From a virus: a stretch of DNA of 64,000 bases. The notes under the pieces are model-generated. The model searched no databases and was not told the DNA's origin. It saw only the letters and a program-made list of their open reading frames with translations. Positions 26,985 to 37,300 of the stretch are shown piece after piece; position 1 is the first letter of the stretch; each line of letters begins with the position of its first letter. Position numbers and translations under genes: made by a program. Location: IMG/VR virus record IMGVR_UViG_3300042507_003741, positions 1-64,000 of that record; one strand, 5' to 3'.

Positions 26985-27967
26985 AGTCTCCCAAGAACGT
27001 GAGCCGGAAATGGAAGTTCAACAACCTCGCCGTGCGATTCCGGCAGCCACCAGTCGAGGTCTTCGCGCAATCGAAGTTCAGCAAGGGCGGCATCCATGAG
27101 CCGCCGGCCCTCTGCGACCACAGCAGAAGGGAGAGTCACGACCTGACAGTCGTGAGGCAGAGACGTTGAGACGACAATGAATCGCAGCGGCTGCGGGTCC
27201 AGCCCCATCGCTTCCATGCCGCACTGATACCACGCATCCTGGAGGTGGTAGCGGAAGTCCATGACTGACCGCCAGAAGTTCGCCAGGATGTCCGCCTCGC
27301 GGGTGGTCTTGAGGTCAATTGCCAGACCGTCGCGGGTGATCGCGTCGAACCTGCACTTGAGTTGGTGGCCTTCTGGCGAGCGCCAATACGCGCCCACTTC
27401 ATGCTCGGAGATTGTGGACAGGAGTTCACGGGATGCTGGGTTGTTCTTGATCGCCGACACTTCCGCGACGATCTGGGCTCGCTCCTTCGGGGATACGACT
27501 GTTGCCCCCTCTGGGGCCTCGTTTTTGGCCCATTTCTCCGCTTCTTTGCCAACCAGCCCGGTGGCTGTTAGGGTTGCTGGCGGAGGGACGACCAGCGACT
27601 CAAGGAAGTCATCGCCCAGTTCCAGCCACGAATGCAGCAGCGTGCCATGATCGGTGGCGCTGCTGGAGAACGGCGGCAGGGTCTTGGCGATGTACCGCTG
27701 GTGGTACAGGACAGGCGAGTCAAGGAGCGTTTTGATTCGGCTGCACGACCTGTGCGTTTCATTGGCGTGATACTCGGCGTTTGCCTCTCCTCGCCGAATC
27801 ACGGCCTCTACATGTGGCGAGTACGCTTCCGATTCTGTGGGCGTACATGCTGCTTGTAGGTGCTCCGTTTGAGGGGTTCGTACTTTGCCGGATGCGCAGC
27901 CGAGTTGAAAGTCGGCCGGGCTGTCCGATAAATCACCCCTCACATCAAGTGAGGCAACCATGTCCAA
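26981..27967 (-). CDS. RecE/exonuclease VIII-like PD-(D/E)XK nuclease (DUF3799-like); start uncertain
   Basis: EYHA..SCSRIK; GTLLH; KCRFD; IDLKTT; YHLQDAWY; adjacent ERF. Confidence 0.82.
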   Translation of the reverse strand: MDMVASLDVRGDLSDSPADFQLGCASGKVRTPQTEHLQAACTPTESEAYSPHVEAVIRRGEANAEYHANETHRSCSRIKTLLDSPVLYHQRYIAKTLPPFSSSATDHGTLLHSWLELGDDFLESLVVPPPATLTATGLVGKEAEKWAKNEAPEGATVVSPKERAQIVAEVSAIKNNPASRELLSTISEHEVGAYWRSPEGHQLKCRFDAITRDGLAIDLKTTREADILANFWRSVMDFRYHLQDAWYQCGMEAMGLDPQPLRFIVVSTSLPHDCQVVTLPSAVVAEGRRLMDAALAELRLREDLDWWLPESHGEVVELPFPAHVLGRL

Positions 27968-28784
27968 TAACCTCCCTGTCCTGGTGGAGCGATACCTCCG
28001 CTCCCGATCCGTCAGTCCTGGCTACGCCCGAAATGTCCGTGCCGTCTGCTTGGCCTGTCGCACCATGTCCGTCGATGCAATCAACACGTATCTGCAAAAA
28101 CGAATCGTCGAGGTGGCTTCGATTACCGCAGCGACCGAGCGAGCGATTCTCGTTGGCATCTGGAAGTGGGCCTACGAAACCGAAGTAGTGGATCGACTGC
28201 CACGCGGAATAGTCAAGATCAAAATCGCCCGGCGTCCGACTCGGGCGTGGACTATAGAACAGTGCTGTACGGCCGTCAAGGGGACTTTCGCCCTCGCCGA
28301 AGAAGTGCGTCGGAAGCGGGTGACAGTCGGCCTTTTTCTGCGGTGCTGGATGCTGCTGGGGTACGAAACGGGCGCGAGGCACGGGGACTTGTGGGAGATG
28401 AGGCAAGAAGACTTCGACCTGGATGCCGGCACCGTCCGCTGGTCGCAGCACAAGACCGGCGAGCCGCACGTCAAGATCATGAGCCGGCCCTGCCTGCTGG
28501 CCGTCCAGGAGATGCTGGAGCGGTCGCCAGACGGTCGCGTGCTGGGTTGGGTGATGTCAAAGAAATCGGGTCATCGGCGGATGCGGAAGTACCTGCGTGA
28601 CATGAAGTACGCGGGATCCTCCAAGTGGCTACGCCGCAGCGGGGCCACCCACATTGAGATGGAGCATCCTGGCAAGGGGCGGCTGCATCTTGGTCACAAG
28701 ACGCCTGGACTGGCCGAGCGGTGCTATATCGACTGGTCGCAGGTGCGCAGGGACATCCCGTGCGTGCCGTCGCTACTCAAATAG
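27960..28784 (+). CDS. Tyrosine recombinase/integrase
   Basis: YETGAR (Arg), KTG (Lys), WLRRSGAT, LGH, terminal Tyr (ERCY). Confidence 0.85.
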   Translation: MSNNLPVLVERYLRSRSVSPGYARNVRAVCLACRTMSVDAINTYLQKRIVEVASITAATERAILVGIWKWAYETEVVDRLPRGIVKIKIARRPTRAWTIEQCCTAVKGTFALAEEVRRKRVTVGLFLRCWMLLGYETGARHGDLWEMRQEDFDLDAGTVRWSQHKTGEPHVKIMSRPCLLAVQEMLERSPDGRVLGWVMSKKSGHRRMRKYLRDMKYAGSSKWLRRSGATHIEMEHPGKGRLHLGHKTPGLAERCYIDWSQVRRDIPCVPSLLK

Positions 28785-31700
28785 GGAGATGGCGCTGGTG
28801 TCCGACTTCCGCTTCTTGGGCTTCTTCTTCTCACCGACCTTTTTCCGAGCCTCGCGACGTTCTCGTCCAAGCGCTCGGGAGACGGCCATCCGCTGCAACG
28901 CCCACTGCGGCACTCCCGGCTGGAGGTGCTCGGGGATGTATGTCTGCTGGAACTCGCGGGTATACGGGTCAATGGACTCCTCGATCTGCCGCACGGCGTC
29001 GGCAAGGGCGTCCTGCTGGGCCACGTCCCGAATCTTGATCCCGGAAAGGGCATTCAATCCGGTCTTGCCGATGCGATGCGAGAGAGGCTGGCCGCCGCGA
29101 TCATCGAGCAGCGAGCGGGCGACGTACAGCGGACGGCCAACGAACGGGGCGGCCTCGATCAACTTCTCTGGGAGAGTCGGCACATCGGCGTACGGGTTGC
29201 CGCTCACCGCACGAGCAATAGCGTCGAGCGAGGATGTCGCTTCGGAGAGCGGGCGGTTGGTGAACAGGTCTTTGCCGAATGCAAACTCAGCCCCCATCCG
29301 GAGGAGCGGGTGCGTCTGCATGGCGATCTGCCGTGCCGTGCCAGACGCCATGCCGCCAATCGTTCCCGGAGTCTCGATCATGTTGATCTGGTCGAAGCCC
29401 GGTGCGTCGATGTCGGTCAAGTAGGTCTGCGTGCCCGGCGCAGGAACGCCGCCGAACACCTCCGGGATCGGGAAGGCAAACTGCGACCGCAGGCCAGACG
29501 GGATGTAGGTGTCCTCGCCCTCGTCCTGCACTGCTTCGGTGGCGCGGATCATTTGCCCGTACCGCCCGCCCGGTCGCTCCGCGAGTTGCCGCAGCACTTC
29601 GCGGAAAATCCTGCTCTGGTACGAGTACCAAGGAAAAACCGCCTTCAGCAGCGATTTCTCCATACCGGATAGGGATGAGTAATCGACGTGGGCGCGTTTC
29701 ATTGCCGCCGCCGCCGCCATCGGATCGTAGCCCTGCTTGAGCAGAGCGATGTACCCAGTGAGCCTGTTCACGCCATCGGTCAGCGAGTTCATCCGCTCGC
29801 CAGCCCGGAGCAGCGGATTGGTCTGCTCGGCCAGCGGATTGCGTTTGGATCGCCAATTGAGGAAGTCCTGCGTGTTCCACCCCTTGCCCAGTTCTCGTCC
29901 GATGGACGCCATGCTGATCGGGTCGGATCCGATGATGTTGTCCAGCGCCCGCTGGCCTGTGACGCTGGCACTCAAGTCGCTGACCGAGCCGCTGCTGACA
30001 AGGCCGGTGCTGGACAGGTCGGCGTAGAACTGGGCCAGCCCGTCGTCGTTGGCGTAGCGTGGGATGGATGCCAGCGTGCTGCGGAACTTGTCGCTGTCTG
30101 GCCCTTCCATGACCAACGCCTTTGCGGCACGGACGGAATCCAGGTCGAGCGCTCCCTCCAGCCAGTTGCTGATTGCCCCAGAATACAGGTCACGCACTGC
30201 CCGTGAGGGCCATGCCAAGATCGAGCCACGCCACGCCTGCGTGTAGTGGTCCAGCCCCCGCATGAACGCACCGGCCGCCTCGCCCGTGCTGTACAGGTCT
30301 TTGGCACGAGTCAGCCGGTTGATGTGTTCTTCCGGGATGGAGAACTGATTGAGGTTGATTTCGTCGGCGTCCTTGCCAAGCAACTTCGCGAGACGCTCAC
30401 GCATCTGCTGTGCGGCACCGACCTGCGGCGTGATGTTGGACAGTGTGCCTTTGGATGGCACGGCGAACACCTGACTGCTTGCGTCGTCGTACGTCTTCAG
30501 TCCAAGACGCTGGATCGCTGTGGGCAGAGAGATGTGCCGACCGCGACCTGTGGTGTCCACCAAGTTGTAGGGCTTGTCTACGGCAAACGTCGCTACGGAG
30601 TCGAGCAGCGTTGTGCCCGTGCCCAACGCCTCGCCTGTGTTGCGAACGTAGGAACCAATCATGTCCGTTGGGTGCTGGCCGAACAGGGGCATCTTCTGCA
30701 CCACCTCGTCAGGCAGTGCATTGAGGACGCGGGCAATCCTGCGGGCCTTCTTCATCGTGACTTTTGGCTGTCCGGAAGCCACGAGCGCGTTCAGTTTATT
30801 GCGGATGTAGTTGGCCGCTGCCTCGTCTGTCTTCAGCGTCCGCTTGGGGCCAGAGACGTTGGTGTCTTTTGACAGGTCGATGATGGTCTGCCGCCCGCCT
30901 GGAACCGACATGGCGTCGGTGCGGCGAAGGGCGTCGGTCGTCATGAACGACAACTCGCTGCCCAGTTTGCGGTTGACTCGGGCCTCCATCTCAAGGGCGG
31001 GATCGGCCCGGCGAGGCAGGTAGTCGATGCCGTATTTGTCGGTTAGCGGCTCGCCGTTGAGTCCGAGTTCCCGTCGCTCGCCCAGCGATGTGTCCCGCTT
31101 GGAGGCCCACCAGTCGGCGTACTCCTTCAAAGCCGGGCGGCTGGTGACGTACTGCACGTCCTCTGGCTTTCGGGCAGCCGCGCCCTCAAGGTATCGGCCG
31201 AGCCGTTCGTTGCCCTCTGGCGAGAACACCTCCGGGTGCGCTTGCCGGAGGCGAGACAGTTGAGCGGTGTGTTCGGCCGTCGCCGCCCCGCCACCAACCT
31301 TGCGGGCCTGGAAGTTGGCGATGTTGGTGATCTGCTCCTCCGCGTCGATCTTGCCTCCAACGCGGGCGTCGAAGCCAGCAGCCAGACTGCGGCCCGGCAG
31401 GCTCCATCGGTATGCCTGACCGAAGGAATCCAGCGCATCGGCAAACGTGTCGCCGAACCCCTTGCCCAGCCAATCGCCCACGACGAGCGGATCGCCCATC
31501 GGCAGGCCCAAGCCAAAAGACTTGGCGAGCGGCTGGTTGCGAATCTGGGCAAGTTGCGCATCTCCGAGCAACTGGCGGGCAGACTCCTCCGCCGCCTTCG
31601 GGTCGTCGGCGTACTTGATGAGGTCGTCCAGCGTGCCCGCTCTGCGGGCCGTCCTGGTGCCGTATAGCGGCCGACCGACCGTCGCGGGATCAAAGGTACT

Positions 31701-32261
31701 GATCGTGCGTCCAGTGGCCTCTAACGCCTTCTTGGTGCGTCTGGCGACGGATGGCAGGAGGTCGTCTGCCATCCCGGTCGAGATGGCCTTCCTGGTAAGG
31801 GCGGTCGGAGCCGTGTCGAGCAGGCTCCCGGTGGTGCCGGCCAACTTGGCCGCCGCCTTGCCGCCGGGCGTGAGCGCCTTCGCCGGCCCGGAGAGCAGGG
31901 CCAACGGATCGGTAAAGACTTCGGTTGCCAGCCCGCCTGCGAAGTTGAGCCAGTTGTCCTCCGGCCCAGCCAGCCCGGCCATCCGGTTCAGTTCCCGGCC
32001 CGTGACCCGCTCGCCCGCCTTTCCAGCAAGGGCACCACGCAGGTAGTCGCCGGGAGCCGCGAGGGCATCGCCGACTCGCGACAGCGTGCCGCCGGTTACG
32101 GCACCAATCTCGGCCAGAACGGAGTCTCGCTCCTGTGGCGTGACGACATCCCTCTCGACCGGCTCGTCAGCCAGCAAGGCGTCATCGAAAAGCGGGATGT
32201 AGCCTGCGGGTCGCTTGCGTTTCCGCTCGTCCTCAAACAGCCCGCCTTCAAAGAGGTTCAT
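28773..32261 (-). CDS. Large virion protein (putative internal/ejection protein)
   Basis: About 1160 aa from MNLFEGG; VDYSSL..EK..FPWYS pattern; position after tail genes. Confidence 0.6.
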   Translation of the reverse strand: MNLFEGGLFEDERKRKRPAGYIPLFDDALLADEPVERDVVTPQERDSVLAEIGAVTGGTLSRVGDALAAPGDYLRGALAGKAGERVTGRELNRMAGLAGPEDNWLNFAGGLATEVFTDPLALLSGPAKALTPGGKAAAKLAGTTGSLLDTAPTALTRKAISTGMADDLLPSVARRTKKALEATGRTISTFDPATVGRPLYGTRTARRAGTLDDLIKYADDPKAAEESARQLLGDAQLAQIRNQPLAKSFGLGLPMGDPLVVGDWLGKGFGDTFADALDSFGQAYRWSLPGRSLAAGFDARVGGKIDAEEQITNIANFQARKVGGGAATAEHTAQLSRLRQAHPEVFSPEGNERLGRYLEGAAARKPEDVQYVTSRPALKEYADWWASKRDTSLGERRELGLNGEPLTDKYGIDYLPRRADPALEMEARVNRKLGSELSFMTTDALRRTDAMSVPGGRQTIIDLSKDTNVSGPKRTLKTDEAAANYIRNKLNALVASGQPKVTMKKARRIARVLNALPDEVVQKMPLFGQHPTDMIGSYVRNTGEALGTGTTLLDSVATFAVDKPYNLVDTTGRGRHISLPTAIQRLGLKTYDDASSQVFAVPSKGTLSNITPQVGAAQQMRERLAKLLGKDADEINLNQFSIPEEHINRLTRAKDLYSTGEAAGAFMRGLDHYTQAWRGSILAWPSRAVRDLYSGAISNWLEGALDLDSVRAAKALVMEGPDSDKFRSTLASIPRYANDDGLAQFYADLSSTGLVSSGSVSDLSASVTGQRALDNIIGSDPISMASIGRELGKGWNTQDFLNWRSKRNPLAEQTNPLLRAGERMNSLTDGVNRLTGYIALLKQGYDPMAAAAAMKRAHVDYSSLSGMEKSLLKAVFPWYSYQSRIFREVLRQLAERPGGRYGQMIRATEAVQDEGEDTYIPSGLRSQFAFPIPEVFGGVPAPGTQTYLTDIDAPGFDQINMIETPGTIGGMASGTARQIAMQTHPLLRMGAEFAFGKDLFTNRPLSEATSSLDAIARAVSGNPYADVPTLPEKLIEAAPFVGRPLYVARSLLDDRGGQPLSHRIGKTGLNALSGIKIRDVAQQDALADAVRQIEESIDPYTREFQQTYIPEHLQPGVPQWALQRMAVSRALGRERREARKKVGEKKKPKKRKSDTSAISLFE

Positions 32262-34357
32262 TGTTGTGGTGCTGGGTAACCTGCCACGCCGCGAGCGAAG
32301 TTCGCAGGCCCGCCGATGACATAGTCCGGAGCGCCCCTGAGCGACTGACCGGCCGAGTACGCCCAACTGCCGCCTGCGGAGGCGTGCATCTTTTCCGCTT
32401 GGTCGGGGCTCAGTTTGAGCACGTCTCGCGCAAACGCCAAGAACGCCGGCTTGTCATTGACAAGCGCCCGCAAGTGCGCTTTGACTTCTCGGCTGTTTGG
32501 ATTGATGCCTGCTTGATGCTCCAAGACGATAGCCTGCACCCGCGCAGGGATTTGCGCTGGGTCCATTCCGGACTTTTGCAACACCAGCGTCAGGGCTGCG
32601 TCCCTCTGCTCCGGAGGCATCCTCAAGGCGTCCATGAACTGCGGCATCAGTTGTGACGGGAGGGTGCTGTCTTGCTGCGGCTCTTCCTGGCCGGCTTGGG
32701 CTCTCGCCTGCGCGGCAGCCAGAGCGGCAGCGTTTGCACGCTCACCCATCGCCAAGTCCATCGCCCGCTGGGCGCCACGCGGATTCCCGGCGATGTCATT
32801 TGCCGTCGCCAGCATGACGGGATCGCCTTGACGCACAGCGTCGATCAGCGAGCGGACCGCCATGCCAGGAGCAAGGTTCGGGTTGCGAAGGTCGCGCGTC
32901 AGGCTGAAGTTGGCCTGCCGATCACGCCACGTCTGGTTTTGCAGGTCCGTCAACTGGAACCGCATCTGCTCGTTGATCTCACGCATCTTCGTGAAACCGT
33001 CTGGCGAATTGACAAGCCCAACCAGCGCCTGCTTCTGCTCGGGCGACATCATGCGACCGTAGCGGGCGACGATAGTCCGGGCGAACTCCATCTTTCGCTC
33101 GGGACTCATCTTCGCCTCATTGTCGAGGCGGGCCTGTGCCATCTTCTCGGGATTCGCGGCATACCGAGTGCCGCCCATGGGCGTCCGGACGGTGTCGTAC
33201 TTGGTCCCCAGCCGGTCGTGTCGCTCTTTCTCGCGAGCCACGTCAGCGGCCAGCAGCGCACGGTCTTCCGGCTTGGTGCCGTCGTACTGCGACACGTCGA
33301 TGCCGTACGCCTTGCCCATTTCGCGGTGCTGCTCAAAACTCCCCTCGCCGTAATACTCTGCCGCTCGCTTGGCATCTTCCAGGCGGTAGGCTTCTGGCGC
33401 CCGAGAGGACATCGAGCCGTCGGCGTTGAACGTGAACGTGCCGCCGTGAGCAGTCTGCGGCACCTCTGGCGTGTAGACATCGCGCGACATGCCCCTCATC
33501 TGCTCGGGCGTGTACACGCCGGGCTTGAGTCCCTCCGGCAGCGGCTTTCCGGCGGCGCGGCGGGCCTGCGCCAGCGGGCTGAGATCGCTGGGGGAGCCGT
33601 ACGCCGCACGCATGGCAGCCTCGCGGGCGGGAGGAGGCATGTCGCCGTACTTGAATCCGAGATAGTCCTCAAAACTCTCGCCGTGTGCGTGCGACCCGCT
33701 CTCAAACTGCTGACGAACCGCCGCCTTTTCTTGGGGCGACAGCCGGTCAAACACGTCCATGGAAGTGACCTGCTCCTCGCCGGGAAGCGTCCCAGACTCC
33801 GGAGGCAGATTCCATCCAGGCACCGGACTCTTTCCTTCGTATTTCGGAGCCTTGCTGTGTGCGGGCGGCACCGGCATGGCGTCCAGGCCGGTCTTGGGCG
33901 CGGGCACAGGAATGTCCATGTTCAAGACATCCGCCGGCGGCAGGCCCAGCGGGTTCGTCGGGTCGGTCGTGGCGGCAACAGCAGCGCCGGCGGCCTCCGT
34001 GCTTGGCGTCCATGAGTTGCCGCGTTCCCAGTTGCGGGTTGCCGCCGGAGCGGTGTTTGTCTTAGCCACTCTGGCAGTTGCGGTTGGGGCAGCCGTAGGC
34101 CGCGAGTACGGGCTGGGGTCCGGAATCGCGAGCGTCTCCTGCGGGGGCGCGCTCCCCTCTTCCGGCATCAGCAGCGGATCTGCGGCCTGCCGAGTTCGTG
34201 CAGTACGCTCTGCCGCCAACTGACGCTGGGCCGCTTGCAGTTCACGCACCCTGGACGCACGCTCGTCAGCGCGGCGAGCCTCACGCGCCAGATACTGACG
34301 CTTGAACATGTCGGCAAACCCGGCTTCGGCAATGGGCGCAGAGTCCGCCATCGTCAT
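32258..34357 (-). CDS. Large hypothetical virion protein
   Basis: 699 aa; coupled overlaps on both sides. Confidence 0.6.
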   Translation of the reverse strand: MTMADSAPIAEAGFADMFKRQYLAREARRADERASRVRELQAAQRQLAAERTARTRQAADPLLMPEEGSAPPQETLAIPDPSPYSRPTAAPTATARVAKTNTAPAATRNWERGNSWTPSTEAAGAAVAATTDPTNPLGLPPADVLNMDIPVPAPKTGLDAMPVPPAHSKAPKYEGKSPVPGWNLPPESGTLPGEEQVTSMDVFDRLSPQEKAAVRQQFESGSHAHGESFEDYLGFKYGDMPPPAREAAMRAAYGSPSDLSPLAQARRAAGKPLPEGLKPGVYTPEQMRGMSRDVYTPEVPQTAHGGTFTFNADGSMSSRAPEAYRLEDAKRAAEYYGEGSFEQHREMGKAYGIDVSQYDGTKPEDRALLAADVAREKERHDRLGTKYDTVRTPMGGTRYAANPEKMAQARLDNEAKMSPERKMEFARTIVARYGRMMSPEQKQALVGLVNSPDGFTKMREINEQMRFQLTDLQNQTWRDRQANFSLTRDLRNPNLAPGMAVRSLIDAVRQGDPVMLATANDIAGNPRGAQRAMDLAMGERANAAALAAAQARAQAGQEEPQQDSTLPSQLMPQFMDALRMPPEQRDAALTLVLQKSGMDPAQIPARVQAIVLEHQAGINPNSREVKAHLRALVNDKPAFLAFARDVLKLSPDQAEKMHASAGGSWAYSAGQSLRGAPDYVIGGPANFARGVAGYPAPQQ

Positions 34358-37300
34358 CTCCCGAACAGGTAGTTTTGGTACGTCTGATAGGTCTGCGGCC
34401 CGCCGCCGCGAGAGCCGCGAATACGGTCAAGAGCCCGCTGAATCGCTGCCTCTTGCTCCAGTTGATCGTCCATTGGCACGCTCGCACCGTCTCGCACCGG
34501 GATCGGGTAAAAGTCGCCGCCACCGCCGCCAGGGCCGCCACCGGAGCCACCGGCCGGAATGGGGATGTCAATGAAACCGCCGCCGCCGCTGTTTATCCGT
34601 GCGAGGCCGCCCAGAGTGCCGCCGACGGCCGCAGTGCCGACGATCCAGGGCCACTTGCCACGTTTCTTCTGCCCCTTATTCTTGGCCTCCGGCTGCCCTG
34701 CCTGCGGCGTGTCATCTGCTGCCTTCTTTGCGATAGCCGTCTCTGGGGCGTCGATCTGATCCTCGTCCGCAAGGCGAACCGGCTTGATCGGGTCTGCCTG
34801 CGGAGCGTCGGCGGCAGCCGCAGGGGTGGCCGCAGTCGCCGCAGGCGGGTCTACGTCCGCCGGCGCTGGCGAGGCAGGCGCAGGATCGCTAGACGCCGGA
34901 GCGGCATCGCCCTTGATGGGCTTGATGCGGAGTTGCCTCTGCTCGTTGATGTACTTGCTGGCGGCATCGCGGGCAGACGTCCGGGCTTCGTCTTCGCCGT
35001 CACCCATGTCGATGTAGTTGCGATAGGTCTGGTCGTAGACTTCCTGCCCCTCCTGGTCGATGTCCTTGATGATGTCTTCATCGCTGCGGCTGGCGGCGCT
35101 GGCCGCGTTCTTGCCGGCAGGAGCCGGGTCGCCATCAATGTCGGAGATGTCCGTAGCGGAGGCTTCCAGTTTGGCTTCTTCGGCAGTCGAGGACTTGCCT
35201 CCCCTTCGCCGCGATGGCTTGGCCGGCGGCTCGGCAGGAGCAGCCTGCGAAGGCGCGGCAGCGCTGGTGCCTGTGCCGCTCTCCAGATCGGGGGCCACGT
35301 CTTCGCGGAGAATCTGCTTGCCGGCGACTGTGCGGGCGGACTCGTTGCGGTTCTGCGGGCCGAAATAGTCCTCAAGCGCTCGGATAATGGCCGCCCGATC
35401 CTGCTCAAAGCCCTTGTCGCCGGGCTTGAAAACGGTTTGGCCGGCGAGCAGGTCGTCTGCGAGTTGCTCGGGCGTTTCAAAAGGGACAAACGTGAAGCCG
35501 CCGGTGTCCGCTTTCCGCCCCAGCGGGTTGCTCGTCCCGTAGAGGGCGCCGAGAGCCTGTTGAATGTCGCTCTCGCGCCGCGAGCCGCCAAGACGCCCGC
35601 GCTTGCCCTGCTGGCCGAGAGCACTCACTTCGTCGTCGGGCGATTCGGGAATCACGTCGTCCGGAACATTCGACGTAGCGTCCAGTTGCCGCCTAGCGTC
35701 AGCATTCAAGATGGCACGCTCGGCCGCAGACAACTCGTCGCTGGCACGATTGAGATTGTATGCAGCACGCGGCCGTCGCCCGACCAGTTTCATCACGAGG
35801 TTGTCTCGCACCGACTGAATGCTCTCGCGGTTGAGCATGCTGTCGGGGTACGCCGGCCGGCCCCGCTCAAGAACCCAGCCCTTCGGAACGTCCTCGCTTC
35901 GCATGCCGGCCGGCGCGCGCTGCACTCGGCCAGTCCTCTGCTCTACGAGTCGCGGCGGGTACAACTTGTCGAGTTCCCTCTGCGCCTGCGTTACTTTTTG
36001 CTGAGCGCGTGCAAGTGCCTCCGCGCCTTTGGCGCTCTGCATTTCGGCAAGGGCAGCGGTGAGGCTGTCCTCCGCCGTGCGGGCCGCCGCGACCGCGTCC
36101 CGGTCGCGAGTGTCAGGCAGGCGCTCGCGGATGGGCCGCACTTCAAGCGGTGTCGCAGAGTCGTCGCCCTTGAAGGCAAGCGGGATATTCCCATCTGGGA
36201 ACATGCCCTTGCGCACTTCTTCGGGCATCCCGCCGCCGACTGCCCTGCGGTCTAGGGCCTCCTCGCGGGCGCGATTCACCGCCACGCCTTCGTCGAAGGC
36301 GGTCGGCATGTTCGCCTGACCAATGTCTTCGATTACCGTCACCGGCGTACGAGCACCTGGAGCAATGCCGGGACGCGGCGCAGGGGCGACCGAAGAACGC
36401 AGCAGTCGCTCTTGCTCGGCCAGATAGTCCGGGTCGGTGCCGACGATGGCGCGCCGCAACTCCGACGCCGCCTGCTGCCGCTGCAAGAAAGAAGTCCGGG
36501 CACCCGAGATCATCTCCTCCATCGCCTGCCGTGCTTCGTCCGTGTCGGCCGGGCGCGTGCGGATGTCGTCCACCACGTCGCGAGCAGCAGCAATGGCGGC
36601 CTCGTCGCCAGATCGCATGGCGGTGTCCAGGCGAATCAAAGCCTGCTCCATCTCGTTGCCGCCACGCAGCAACTCTGCCACCGCATTGGGGTCGAACGCC
36701 GGCCCGTCTGTGCCGCGACTGAGGCGCTTCTCGATGAACGGCCGTGCCGCCGTTTGGTCTTCTGGCCCACGCCGGAGGCCCATCGGGTGGGGCCTGCTTG
36801 CCGTAGCGCCGGAGTCCAGTCGGAGCGGCGCGTCGCCCGGCTTGCGACGCTCCTTGAAAACGCTGGGGTCGAGCGCCCCTCGTCCGCCGGTCATAGGCTC
36901 CAGCGAGCGGCCAGAGGACAGCCGCGCCAGCACGGCTTCCCGACGTTCGGCCGGCATCGCGTTGAACGCCGATGCCAATGCGTTCCAGTCGCCTTCCGGC
37001 ATGGCTTCTTCGACCAGTTGGCGTGCTGTCCGCACGTCCACGCCCGCTGCCGCCGCATCCGCAGACCCGGCTCGCGAGGCAGCCGCAACCTCGCGTGCAT
37101 TTCGGGCGGCAGTGAGTTGCTGGCCTGCGCGGGTCGCGTCTGGAACTTCCGCCATCTCCGCAAGAGTGTCGAGTCGCTGCTGGGCAGCCGCAATCGCAGC
37201 CTGCCGCCTCTCGGGAATGCGCTTGGCATCGACGGACTCAATGCCGGCCGCCAGTGCGGGATGAGAAAGCAGCGCCTCACGCTCGGCCTCATTCAATCGC

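Noticed and set aside
27960-28784. Integron integrase IntI
   Set aside because: Lacks room for the IntI-specific insertion and lies about 30 kb from the attC-like array; called a generic tyrosine recombinase.
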